Below, piece by piece: positions 1 to 8,025 of a DNA stretch of 32,000 nucleotides. Under the pieces are notes generated by a model that was not told the DNA's origin, did no database searches, and saw nothing but the letters and a program-made list of their open reading frames with translations. Every line of letters starts with the position of its first letter. The stretch's first letter is position 1. The stretch is from the NCBI GenBank assembly GCA_047651235.1, contig CP178758.1:3300001-3332000 (forward strand), given 5' to 3'. The translations under genes and the position numbers were made by a program. Source of the DNA: Candidatus Electrothrix yaqonensis. Its GTDB lineage: Bacteria > Desulfobacterota > Desulfobulbia > Desulfobulbales > Desulfobulbaceae.

Positions 1-2
1 CG

Positions 3-845
3 ATCAGGAAACTGCTGGTAGTGGAGGATGACGACAGGCTACGCAGTGCGCTGCTTGATCTTGTCGGCAGCAGGGAGACAGAAGCACTGGAGGCCAAAAC
101 CGGCCGGCAGGTTCGGGAAATTCTCCGGACCCAGACTGTTGACTGCATGATTCTGGATCTCGGCCTGCCTGACTGCAACGGGATTAGCCTGCTCAAAGAG
201 CTGTCGGAAGAGGCGGATATCTCTGTACCGCCGGTTATTGTCTATACAGGCAGAACCCTGAGCAGAAAGGAGGAGAGGGAGCTGAACAGGTATTCGGAAT
301 CCATTATCCTCAAAAACGCCAGTTCCGGAGAGCGGCTCAGAGATGAAACAAAAATGTTTCTCCGCCAGGAACAGGTACAGGTGTCACAACAGGTGCCGCA
401 GGTGTCTGATGTGGTTGATGCAGCACCGGAACCGTCTGAACAAGATGTTGGCGAAGATACTGTCCTGCAGGATAAACGGGTTCTGCTGGTGGACGACGAT
501 ATGCGAAACGTCTTTGCCCTCTCCGCTGCCCTGCGGACTGGCGGCATGAACGTCAGCATTGCGGAACACGGGCGTATGGCTCTGGATATGCTTGCTCAGG
601 ACCCGGATGTTGATATTATCCTGATGGATATTATGATGCCGGAAATGGACGGCTATACAACCATGCAGAAAATCAGAGAGAACGAAAAAATTCGCAGCCT
701 GCCGGTCATTGCCCTGACAGCCAAGGCCATGAAGGGGGATCGGGAAAAATGTCTTGAAGCAGGAGCAGATACCTATCTTGCCAAACCTATTGATGTGAAG
801 CAGCTTTTCGCCATGATGCGGCAGCTGCTTTCCCGGAAGGCATGA
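3..845 (+). CDS. Tandem-receiver (REC-REC) response regulator, 5' end runs off the window
   Basis: The frame is open from nt 3 (IRKLLVVEDDD...), so the GTG at 21 in the ORF track is probably internal. There are two CheY-like receiver domains with acceptor-Asp contexts CMILDLGLPD and IILMDIMMPEMDG. The tail ALTAKAMKGDREKCLEAGADTYLAKP is typical of receivers. The stop overlaps the next start (ATGA at 842-845). Confidence 0.85.
   Translation: MRKLLVVEDDDRLRSALLDLVGSRETEALEAKTGRQVREILRTQTVDCMILDLGLPDCNGISLLKELSEEADISVPPVIVYTGRTLSRKEERELNRYSESIILKNASSGERLRDETKMFLRQEQVQVSQQVPQVSDVVDAAPEPSEQDVGEDTVLQDKRVLLVDDDMRNVFALSAALRTGGMNVSIAEHGRMALDMLAQDPDVDIILMDIMMPEMDGYTTMQKIRENEKIRSLPVIALTAKAMKGDREKCLEAGADTYLAKPIDVKQLFAMMRQLLSRKA
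258..840 (+). repeat. Copy 1 of a direct segmental duplication (3' end of the REC-REC gene)
   Basis: Collinear with 2003-2545 at both protein and DNA level. Shared identical runs include ATTGCGGAACACGGGCGTATGGC, CTGCCGGTCATTGCCCTGACAGCCAAGG and CAGCTTTTCGCCATGATGCGGCAGCTGCT. The copies differ mainly in the inter-domain linker, which is longer in copy 1. Confidence 0.8.
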
Positions 846-2551
846 CCGGGAAGGCTTTTACAGCGTCAGAACTCGCTTCGCTCAGTGAATTTTCCGCTGA
901 GGATCAGGAGTTTCTGCAGGATGTGCTGAACAATATTACCACAGTATTCGTCTCAACCAGAAGCCGCCGGATACAGAAGCTGGTTGAACAGACGCAGCAG
1001 CAGGCCGAGGAGCTGTGTCTGCTCAATGAAAAACTGGCAGCCCGGACCCGTGAACTGCAGACTATCCAGGAAAAGCTGGAGGCGGCTGATCAGGCACTTG
1101 CCGAAAAAGCACAGCTTCTGGAAGTGCAGAAAAAGGAGCTGGCTCTTGCTTCGAAGTATAAATCTGAGTTTCTTGCCAATATGAGTCATGAGCTGCGCAC
1201 GCCCATGAACAGTCTGCTGCCGCTTGCCCAGTCGCTGCAGGAAAACAGAGAAGGCAATCTGACGGAAAATCAGCAGCATTCCGCTGGAATTATTTTTGAT
1301 TCAGGAAGGGAGCTGCTGGATATTATAGATGAGATTCTTGATCTGGCCTTTCTCGAAGCCGGGCGGGTGAAGAAAGAGACTGAAGAGATGGTGTTAGCTG
1401 ATGTGGCGGAAAATATGCATAATCTTTTCATCCATATGGCTGCGGCCAAAGGGCTTGCTTTCCAGGTTTCTGTTGATCCAGCCCTGCCCTCGACCATGTT
1501 GACGGACCGGACACGTTTGGAGCAGATTCTAAAAAAAATTATCAGCAACAGCCTGAAATTTACGGAACAGGGGGAGATAAGCCTTGCTTTTGCCCGGCCT
1601 CCGGCAGATGTTCAGTTCCGCTCGGATACCCTCGTTCCTGCGGAAACCCTTGCTGTCCGTGTTGCAGATACCGGCATCGGTATTCCTGCGAAAAAGCAGG
1701 AGGCCATCTTTGAGGCTTTTCAGCAGGCAGACGGTTCAACCGCCCGCAAATACGGGGGAAACGGACTTGGTCTTTCCATTTCAAGACAGCTTGCCGCCTT
1801 GCTGGGCGGTGAAATTCACCTCAGCAGCGAACCGGAAAAAGGCTCTGTTTTTATTCTGTATCTTCCTTTTCAGTTTGAAAAGTGCATTGGAGAGGACCAG
1901 CAGACAGAAAAAAAACAGCCGGAGAATGACCGAACCGGCGGCAGTGAACCTGCAGAACAGGCAGACTTGGACGAGGCCAAGGCCTTCAGTCACGATGAAC
2001 GGCTGAGCAGAGATAAGGAAAGGGAGCGGAACAGATATTCGGAATTCATTATTCTGAAAAATGCTCGTTCCGGAGAACGGCTGCCGGATGAGACAATTAT
2101 GTTTCTGCACCAAGAACCGGTACAGGAGACTGATGCGCCGGATACGCTGTCCGAGTCCTCCAAAGAAGATGCTGTCCTGAACAACAAACAGGTTCTGTTG
2201 GTGGATAATGATATGCGGAATGTCTTTGCCCTTTCCGCTGCCCTGCGGGCAAAGGGGATGGAGGTCAGTATTGCGGAACACGGGCGTATGGCCCTGGATA
2301 TGCTTGTTCAGGATCCGGAGGTTGATATTATCCTGATGGACATGATGATGCCGGAAATGGACGGTTATACAACCATAGGGGAAATCAGGGAGAACAAAAC
2401 AATCAGCAGTCTGCCGGTCATTGCCCTGACAGCCAAGGACATGAAAGGCGATCAGGAAAAATGTCTTAAGGCCGGGGCTGATACCTGTTTTGCCAAGCCT
2501 GTTGATATGGAACAGCTTTTCGCCATGATGCGGCAGCTGCTATATGATTGA
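842..2551 (+). CDS. Soluble hybrid sensor histidine kinase (coiled coil - HisKA - HATPase_c - REC)
   Basis: The N-terminal ~100 aa are coiled-coil-like (QQQAEELCLLNEKLAARTRELQTIQEKLEAADQALAEKAQLLEVQKKELA). The H-box is FLANMSHELRTPMNSLL, with the His codon near nt 1187. ATPase motifs are NSLKFT, DTGIGIP and GGNGLGLSISRQL. The C-terminal receiver reads VLLVDNDMRN...IILMDMMMPEMDG...ALTAKDMKGD. I see no hydrophobic transmembrane stretch. Confidence 0.9.
   Translation: MTGKAFTASELASLSEFSAEDQEFLQDVLNNITTVFVSTRSRRIQKLVEQTQQQAEELCLLNEKLAARTRELQTIQEKLEAADQALAEKAQLLEVQKKELALASKYKSEFLANMSHELRTPMNSLLPLAQSLQENREGNLTENQQHSAGIIFDSGRELLDIIDEILDLAFLEAGRVKKETEEMVLADVAENMHNLFIHMAAAKGLAFQVSVDPALPSTMLTDRTRLEQILKKIISNSLKFTEQGEISLAFARPPADVQFRSDTLVPAETLAVRVADTGIGIPAKKQEAIFEAFQQADGSTARKYGGNGLGLSISRQLAALLGGEIHLSSEPEKGSVFILYLPFQFEKCIGEDQQTEKKQPENDRTGGSEPAEQADLDEAKAFSHDERLSRDKERERNRYSEFIILKNARSGERLPDETIMFLHQEPVQETDAPDTLSESSKEDAVLNNKQVLLVDNDMRNVFALSAALRAKGMEVSIAEHGRMALDMLVQDPEVDIILMDMMMPEMDGYTTIGEIRENKTISSLPVIALTAKDMKGDQEKCLKAGADTCFAKPVDMEQLFAMMRQLLYD
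2003..2545 (+). repeat. Copy 2 of the direct segmental duplication (3' end of the hybrid kinase gene)
   Basis: LSRDKERERNRYSEFIILKNARSGERLPDETIMFLHQEP plus the whole receiver matches LSRKEERELNRYSESIILKNASSGERLRDETKMFLRQEQ plus receiver 2 of the upstream gene. Confidence 0.8.
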
Positions 2552-2852
2552 CTGCTCCAGCTATAACATATCAAAAGCTCAACTTCTCCTATTAATTTGA
2601 CGGTAGGTAGTTACCCCTCCTTTATATTTTCAGGCCGGTCGTCCTGCGAATGACGTACAGTTAGGAGCTAACTATACCTTATATTGAGGGGAGGTTCCAG
2701 AAGAATGCGGTAGTAAATGCAAGGTTGGAGGAAAAATCACTTGACAGGATTGCTCTCTATAAAGTCCGGTGAGGCGGTTACCGCATCATCTGCACCTGAA
2801 CACAGAGGCACTGGCCGCACCCGGATGCTTTGAAAATAAGAATGAAAAAAAA

Positions 2853-3269
2853 TTACTGGGAAAATTTTACGTTGAGTTGACTTGCAACGACTACACTACC
2901 TAGTGGCATATTGGCATTACTGCCATTATGACCTGTGATGGATAAAAGACGGATGCATCTACTCCCTTGGGCCTTAACCTTGGCGCTTCCTTTTTTAAAC
3001 GCTATCTTTCCCATATTCATGCCGGACATAACGCCTTTATTAACTCCGGCTTCATCTCCCATGGAGCGAGAAATATAAGATTTTACAGTGACGGCCTGCT
3101 TACCGGAGAATTTTACCTTTCTAGACGTTTTCTTGGCCTGATTCACCATGCCGCTATTAGGATACGGTGTCGGAACAGGGGGTGCTGGAGGAGCGGGAGT
3201 CAGACAGACATCCGGTGCGCCCAGACAGTTTCCCCCACCTTTTGTAGATGCTGGAAATATTGCTACCAT
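2853..3269 (-). CDS. DUF4150 (PAAR-like) T6SS spike-tip protein, stand-alone 138 aa
   Basis: The motif series matches what I recall for DUF4150: PDVCLTPAPPAPPVPTPYPN, then KVKFSGKQAV, then SRSMGDEAGVNKGVMSG, then a C-terminal GHNGSNAN. It is the last gene of the vgrG1 cassette. Confidence 0.8.
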   Translation of the reverse strand: MVAIFPASTKGGGNCLGAPDVCLTPAPPAPPVPTPYPNSGMVNQAKKTSRKVKFSGKQAVTVKSYISRSMGDEAGVNKGVMSGMNMGKIAFKKGSAKVKAQGSRCIRLLSITGHNGSNANMPLGSVVVASQLNVKFSQ

Positions 3270-3300
3270 GTGAAATAACCCATCAATATTAAAGTTTAAA

Positions 3301-4152
3301 TTACCCCAGGTTAATCTCTTCAGCTTTCACCTTGAAATCTTCTTCGGCTTTTAATACGGTATCCTTGCTCTTAATGTGGCAGGTTGATTTGATCAGCATC
3401 TTCAGCCTGCCGGTTTTAAGCTGAGAGAGGTTTTCAACTGACTGATACATATCCTGTGCTTTATGGATAAGTGTTTTTGCCTTTGTTTCAATCTTGCTTA
3501 TATTGAGCGTTGCCTGCACCAGATTCGTCAGTACTTTTTTTCCTGTTATTTTCAACTGATCTATAAATAAATTTCCATTCTTTGCTGTCACGTGCAAATT
3601 GGGACAGTTCAGCTTAGTTTGGTAATTTCCCAACGACAGTGTTGAGAGAGAACCTTTGCTATAATCCTGCACCTTCATATTGATCTTATCTTTTCCTGTA
3701 AAATCAATTGAATTGCTTTGGAAGGTTATAGATTCCGGAGAATTAAATTCCATATTGCCGGTAAGAGAACTCACTGTAGTTGTATCTTTTCCTGTATCAT
3801 ATTCAATAATAAGTTTATTATGTGGAGAGAAAATCTGCAGGGATGTCCTGTCATTATCAAGGCGAGCATAGGCACCGTTATCTGCGCGTATTGTTGCGAA
3901 CGCTTTTGCTGACAATACTCCAATGATATAGATACTGCGTATATCCTCACCGGCAATAAGCACCTTATCCCCACAGCTCAAATCAATATCATAAGGCAGG
4001 GCCAGAGCGGCATCTATCGCCTGTATCTCCGGCAGGGTGTCAATATGTATTTTTGCGGTTCTTTTTTCCCGGTCAAAAGAAACTATTTCTGCTTCCTGGG
4101 CAGAGAAACGCTTTGTGTAGTCTACAGGATAAAGTGAAGCAATTTTTGTCAT
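3301..4152 (-). CDS. DUF3540-like protein of the vgrG/DUF2169/pentapeptide cassette (family call is largely context-based)
   Basis: The ORF-track start at 4257 would overlap the upstream gene by 91 nt. The ATG at 4152 follows GGGAGA and lies 14 nt after the upstream stop. The 283-aa protein is beta-rich with a C-terminal helical tail. It sits in the slot DUF3540 occupies in cassettes I know of: vgrG, DUF2169, pentapeptide, DUF3540, DUF4150. Confidence 0.55.
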   Translation of the reverse strand: MTKIASLYPVDYTKRFSAQEAEIVSFDREKRTAKIHIDTLPEIQAIDAALALPYDIDLSCGDKVLIAGEDIRSIYIIGVLSAKAFATIRADNGAYARLDNDRTSLQIFSPHNKLIIEYDTGKDTTTVSSLTGNMEFNSPESITFQSNSIDFTGKDKINMKVQDYSKGSLSTLSLGNYQTKLNCPNLHVTAKNGNLFIDQLKITGKKVLTNLVQATLNISKIETKAKTLIHKAQDMYQSVENLSQLKTGRLKMLIKSTCHIKSKDTVLKAEEDFKVKAEEINLG

Positions 4153-4166
4153 ATCTAATCTCCCGC

Positions 4167-5999
4167 TTAGATTGAAGAACGAGGCGGCTTCCAGTTTTCC
4201 GCAGCAGCAAGGTCTTTGTCTGTTGTCTCCACAAGCACTCTGGATGCTCCTTTCCAATCAGTACCGACCTCCCTGGTGCGGTGCATAACCGATTGAAGAA
4301 GATTTGCCCCTGCCATATCACAATTCTGCAGGTTTGCGTGGGACAAATCGCTATACAGCATCCGGGTCTGCGAAAAATTTGAGCCACGGCAATCCGCATA
4401 ATTAAATTCAGCCCGCTCCAGATTTGCACCGGAAAAATCGGTTTTTCGCGCATTGGTATGGAGAAAACAGGAGCAAGGTAAAGTTGCCCCTTTAAAATCT
4501 GCGGCATCAAGAACAGCTTCCGTAAAATCAGCTGTATCGCAGAATGCACCCTGCAGGGTGCTGTTTCGTAAATCAGCTTTAAAGAAATCTGCCTGGTTGA
4601 GAACTGCCCGATTTAATATAGTATTCTGCATCTTGGCCGAGGTGAAGTCAGCATCCGTGAAATCACATCCGGTAAGGTCCATGCCGCTGAAGTTACACTC
4701 TGCCAACTTGCACAGGACAAATTTCGTCTGCTTTATTTTTGTTTGGGTAAAATCAACTCCCGGAAGATCAGTGCGCTCAAGTGAGGCATGGGTCAAATCA
4801 ACCTGCTCCATATTACACTGCTTCATATCACAATACTGCAGGCTTGCTTCAGTAAAATTTGCACCAACCAGCTCACTTTTTGCAAGATCTGTGTTATCCA
4901 GCAAGGCCTTGCTGAAATCAACTCCTTTCAGATTTGCTCCGGAAAAATCAGCGTCCGTCAAATTACATCGGCAAAACTTTGCTCCCTGAAGTTCAGTATC
5001 AGAAAAATTTGCGTCACAGAGGGCCTGACCGCTGAAATCCAGCTGCGGCATAAATGATTTGTGAAATGAAACTTCAATAAATTGAGCGTCTTTTATTTTG
5101 GCGTTCTTAAAATTGGAATTATTGAAAGTACATTCGGAAAACTGCATTTCGGAAAGATTCTGCCCGTACAAGTCACAGTCCTCAAAAACACAACCTGTCA
5201 GTTGAGCAGGAAACGACTCCTTAAACGAGGTGAAAATAGTATGGTGAAATTCGGTTTGTTCAAGGACGGCTGTTCTGCAATCAACATCTGTAAAATTCAC
5301 TTCCTTAAATGTTGTCTCATGCAGATTAACTTCTGAAAAAACAGCATTACTTAAATTGGTTGTTTCAAATAACGTGTTATCAAGGAGACCCTTTGTAAAC
5401 GTAGCTGCCGACAGCGAACAGTCCTCAAATCGAGCCCGTTCAAGGATTGATTCCTGAAAGAGCACTTCATCCAGTTCTGCTTCCATGAACATGGCCCCTT
5501 TGAGATTTGCCTGACTGAAATCCGTACTGCAGAGCCGCATTTTTCCCTTGGAAAAACCGACGATCCCTTGTTCTCTCAGGACGTTCTGCGTATCTTCATC
5601 AAGCTCAAAGGTATCAAACTCAAAGAGAACTTTTTCCTGATCCTTTTCCGGAACATTATCGACAAGGAAAAGAGCATCTGCAAGATCTGCACGGGTAAAA
5701 TTGGCCTGACAGCAATCTGCATTGACAAAGATTGTTCCGGCAAGTTTCGCCTCGGTGAAATCAACGCCGGACATAATGCAGTTATTGAAAACAACATTAT
5801 TCAACGTTGCCCCGCGCAGGTCTGTATTTGTCAAATGAACCGCATTAAAAGTGACAGTGTCAAACGTTGCGCCCTGTAAATCAAGACCGCTTAAATCAAT
5901 TTCATTCAGCAGGGTATTTTCTATTGCCGAACCGGCCCGAACCGCCTCAACGACATCATCAGAGGTCAGGAACCCCTTCATGTCTTCAATAGTAGCCAT
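4167..5999 (-). CDS. Pentapeptide-repeat protein (610 aa)
   Basis: Almost the whole length is A(D/N)LxX-type pentapeptide repeats, e.g. LSGLDLQGATFDTVTFNAVHLTNTDLRGATLNNVVFNNCIMSGVDFTEAKLAG. One non-repeat insert occurs near residues 115-160. The start overlaps the upstream stop by 14 nt. Confidence 0.9.
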   Translation of the reverse strand: MATIEDMKGFLTSDDVVEAVRAGSAIENTLLNEIDLSGLDLQGATFDTVTFNAVHLTNTDLRGATLNNVVFNNCIMSGVDFTEAKLAGTIFVNADCCQANFTRADLADALFLVDNVPEKDQEKVLFEFDTFELDEDTQNVLREQGIVGFSKGKMRLCSTDFSQANLKGAMFMEAELDEVLFQESILERARFEDCSLSAATFTKGLLDNTLFETTNLSNAVFSEVNLHETTFKEVNFTDVDCRTAVLEQTEFHHTIFTSFKESFPAQLTGCVFEDCDLYGQNLSEMQFSECTFNNSNFKNAKIKDAQFIEVSFHKSFMPQLDFSGQALCDANFSDTELQGAKFCRCNLTDADFSGANLKGVDFSKALLDNTDLAKSELVGANFTEASLQYCDMKQCNMEQVDLTHASLERTDLPGVDFTQTKIKQTKFVLCKLAECNFSGMDLTGCDFTDADFTSAKMQNTILNRAVLNQADFFKADLRNSTLQGAFCDTADFTEAVLDAADFKGATLPCSCFLHTNARKTDFSGANLERAEFNYADCRGSNFSQTRMLYSDLSHANLQNCDMAGANLLQSVMHRTREVGTDWKGASRVLVETTDKDLAAAENWKPPRSSI

Positions 6000-8010
6000 T
6001 TGTAAGTTTGGTCATTTTTAAATTTGCAGATTTAAAGATGGTTCCCTCTAGCTGACTTCCCAGAAATTCCGTCCCGTAAAGATTGGAGCCGGTAAAGTCA
6101 GTCTGCATTAAATTGGCATTTTCAAAACTGGATTCAAACAGATTCATGCTGATACAACGTGCTGCCTGCAGATTTGCTTTGGCGAATTTGGCTTGTTTCA
6201 TGTCTGCGGCGAGAAAGTTCACCCCTTTAAGTATTGCAGAAGAAAAATCAGCCGCCGCCATATCTGAGCAAGAAAAATCAGCTCCGGTTAATTCCGCCTC
6301 TTCCCATGTGGAATCATTACCGATCACCCGCGTAAAATTTCCTTCAGGAAAACAACACTTCTTCGAAGCACGCAATTCGGTGAGATCGCACTCTCTCATG
6401 CTGAGTTGTTCTCCTTGGGCAGCATCCAAAGTTGCTTCTTTAAGGCTTGCCTTATGGAAATCCGCCTTATGCAGGAGCGTATTTGAAAAGTCAGCGCCAT
6501 CCAATATTGCGTTTTTCAGGCTGGCTCCCGACAAATCTGCTTCAGAGAAGTATCCGTCCACAGCCTGTGCATTATCCAGGACAGCCTCCGTCATTCTTGC
6601 TTGTTCAAAAATCGTATCTTGAAGGACAGCCTCACTCAAATCAGCACCGTTCAGACATGCTGAAGTAAAGTCTGCTTCACAGGCATCTACCTTTTTTAAT
6701 GAGGCCCCGGTCAAGTCAGCTTGGGCAAAATTCGCTTCAGTTAGGATAGCTTCATCAAGGAGGGCATTTCTGAGGTTCACCTTGGAAAAAACAGCCTCCC
6801 TGAAGTCCCCGCCGCGAAGATCCAAATCAGAGAGGTCAAGACCGGAAAAATCTTCTTCAGCAAAGAATTCATTATTGGCCAGTCGTTCGAGAATTTTTTC
6901 ACGGGTCAGGGCTTCTTCTTCAGTGACTTTATCAAGTCCGTATTTGGCCAGAATGCGGGCCTCCATTTCTTTGTCTTCCTGACTCGGCTCCGGGATATCC
7001 TGTACAGGTTCAAGACCTGCTTCTTTCAACTCTTTCTCTAATTCTTCCTGGGCTTTTTTAACTTCCAGTTCCGCCTTCTGTATTTCTTCTTCAATGGAAA
7101 TGGTCGGTTCTTCTTCTACGCTTTCTGTTTCCGGGAATTCCTCTTCAAAAGGAGCGTCTTCCGCAGCAAGGGCAGCCCAAAAATCTTTTCGGCAATCTTC
7201 TATTGAACGGGGAGATTCATCCAGCTGTTCAGATACAATAAAAAGCCCTGTAACCTCCTCGTAGTCTTCCGACCGCACTTCGGTGACCCCGCGCCAGACA
7301 AGAACGAGTTTTTCCGCCTCCATATCAACCCAGAGGGTATCCAGATTCATTTTTACTTCAGCAAACTCGGTTTCATCTTGGTCTGTTGAAGCAAGCCTAT
7401 CCGTAAAGCACCGGACCCGCAAGCCGGGCAGTTGCGTTTGATAGACCGGGATTTCAGGATGCAGGTTTGTGCAAATAATCGGTTCGTCACCTCTGAGATA
7501 GCCGCTGACCTGCATGTTTTTCGGGGCAGCGTTATAATACTCCCAGCTGAAATCAAGCGGGAACCAAGGCCAGCGTTCTTTCAGCCAGTTGTTCTCATAG
7601 GTTCCAAGTTTGGAAGAACGTTGCGGCCCCATTTTATTCAGAGGGCCGAAGCCTGCCGGTTCACCGTCAGCGGAAAGCTGATGTGTTGTCCGTTTAGTGC
7701 CGACCTGAAAGGTTGCGGTACGGGTTGCCAGAGGAGTCCCTTGTGGCGGATGGCATTTGCCGATAAGCAGTAAATCCGCTTTGGGTTTGTAATAGGCAAA
7801 GTCGGATTCGTAGCGGACGTTCTGCTGTTGTTCATCATCCGGGTAGAACTCATCGCCGGTGGGGTAGAGTTGTTCTTCTGAAATAGTGGCTGTCTCCCCG
7901 TGTTTCAGGTCAAAAGTGCCTTTGATGATCAGGGTAAGTGTATGACCCGGAAAACTCATCCTGCCCACGAACGGGGCGATGGTGAATCCGGTTTTATTTA
8001 AAAATTCCAC
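5986..8010 (-). CDS. DUF2169 domain protein fused to an acidic coiled-coil linker and a C-terminal pentapeptide-repeat domain
   Basis: The N-terminus (NKTGFTIAPFVGRMSFPGHTLTLIIKGTFDL...LYPTGDEFYPDDEQ...YESDFAYYKPKADLLLIGKCHPP) matches the DUF2169 pattern I recall. A Glu-rich helical linker follows (EEEIQKAELEVKKAQEELEKELKEAG). About 290 aa of pentapeptide repeats complete the protein. The start is a GTG 15 nt after the vgrG1 stop. Confidence 0.8.
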   Translation of the reverse strand: MEFLNKTGFTIAPFVGRMSFPGHTLTLIIKGTFDLKHGETATISEEQLYPTGDEFYPDDEQQQNVRYESDFAYYKPKADLLLIGKCHPPQGTPLATRTATFQVGTKRTTHQLSADGEPAGFGPLNKMGPQRSSKLGTYENNWLKERWPWFPLDFSWEYYNAAPKNMQVSGYLRGDEPIICTNLHPEIPVYQTQLPGLRVRCFTDRLASTDQDETEFAEVKMNLDTLWVDMEAEKLVLVWRGVTEVRSEDYEEVTGLFIVSEQLDESPRSIEDCRKDFWAALAAEDAPFEEEFPETESVEEEPTISIEEEIQKAELEVKKAQEELEKELKEAGLEPVQDIPEPSQEDKEMEARILAKYGLDKVTEEEALTREKILERLANNEFFAEEDFSGLDLSDLDLRGGDFREAVFSKVNLRNALLDEAILTEANFAQADLTGASLKKVDACEADFTSACLNGADLSEAVLQDTIFEQARMTEAVLDNAQAVDGYFSEADLSGASLKNAILDGADFSNTLLHKADFHKASLKEATLDAAQGEQLSMRECDLTELRASKKCCFPEGNFTRVIGNDSTWEEAELTGADFSCSDMAAADFSSAILKGVNFLAADMKQAKFAKANLQAARCISMNLFESSFENANLMQTDFTGSNLYGTEFLGSQLEGTIFKSANLKMTKLTNGYY

Positions 8011-8025
8011 TTCTATTCAGGACGG

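Noticed and set aside
2705-2786. 8-bp inverted repeat ATGCGGTA / TACCGCAT separated by ~65 nt in the convergent intergenic region
   Set aside because: It is too short and too widely spaced to support an ncRNA or terminator call. It has no flanking T-run and no further pairing that I could extend.
3301-4257. N-terminal extensions in the ORF track (3301-4257; also 28186-30438, 18425-, 23230-, 30465-, 27551-28219, 24330-24644)
   Set aside because: In each case an internal ATG has a proper SD and/or removes a long overlap with the upstream gene. It also gives a canonical family N-terminus or signal peptide. I used the shorter models.
4453-6622. Plus-strand ORFs 4453-4989 and 6083-6622 with periodic …KSA…VKS… sequence
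   Set aside because: The periodicity is the reverse-complement image of the pentapeptide-repeat coding sequence. It is an artefact of the 15-nt repeat structure, not an independent gene.
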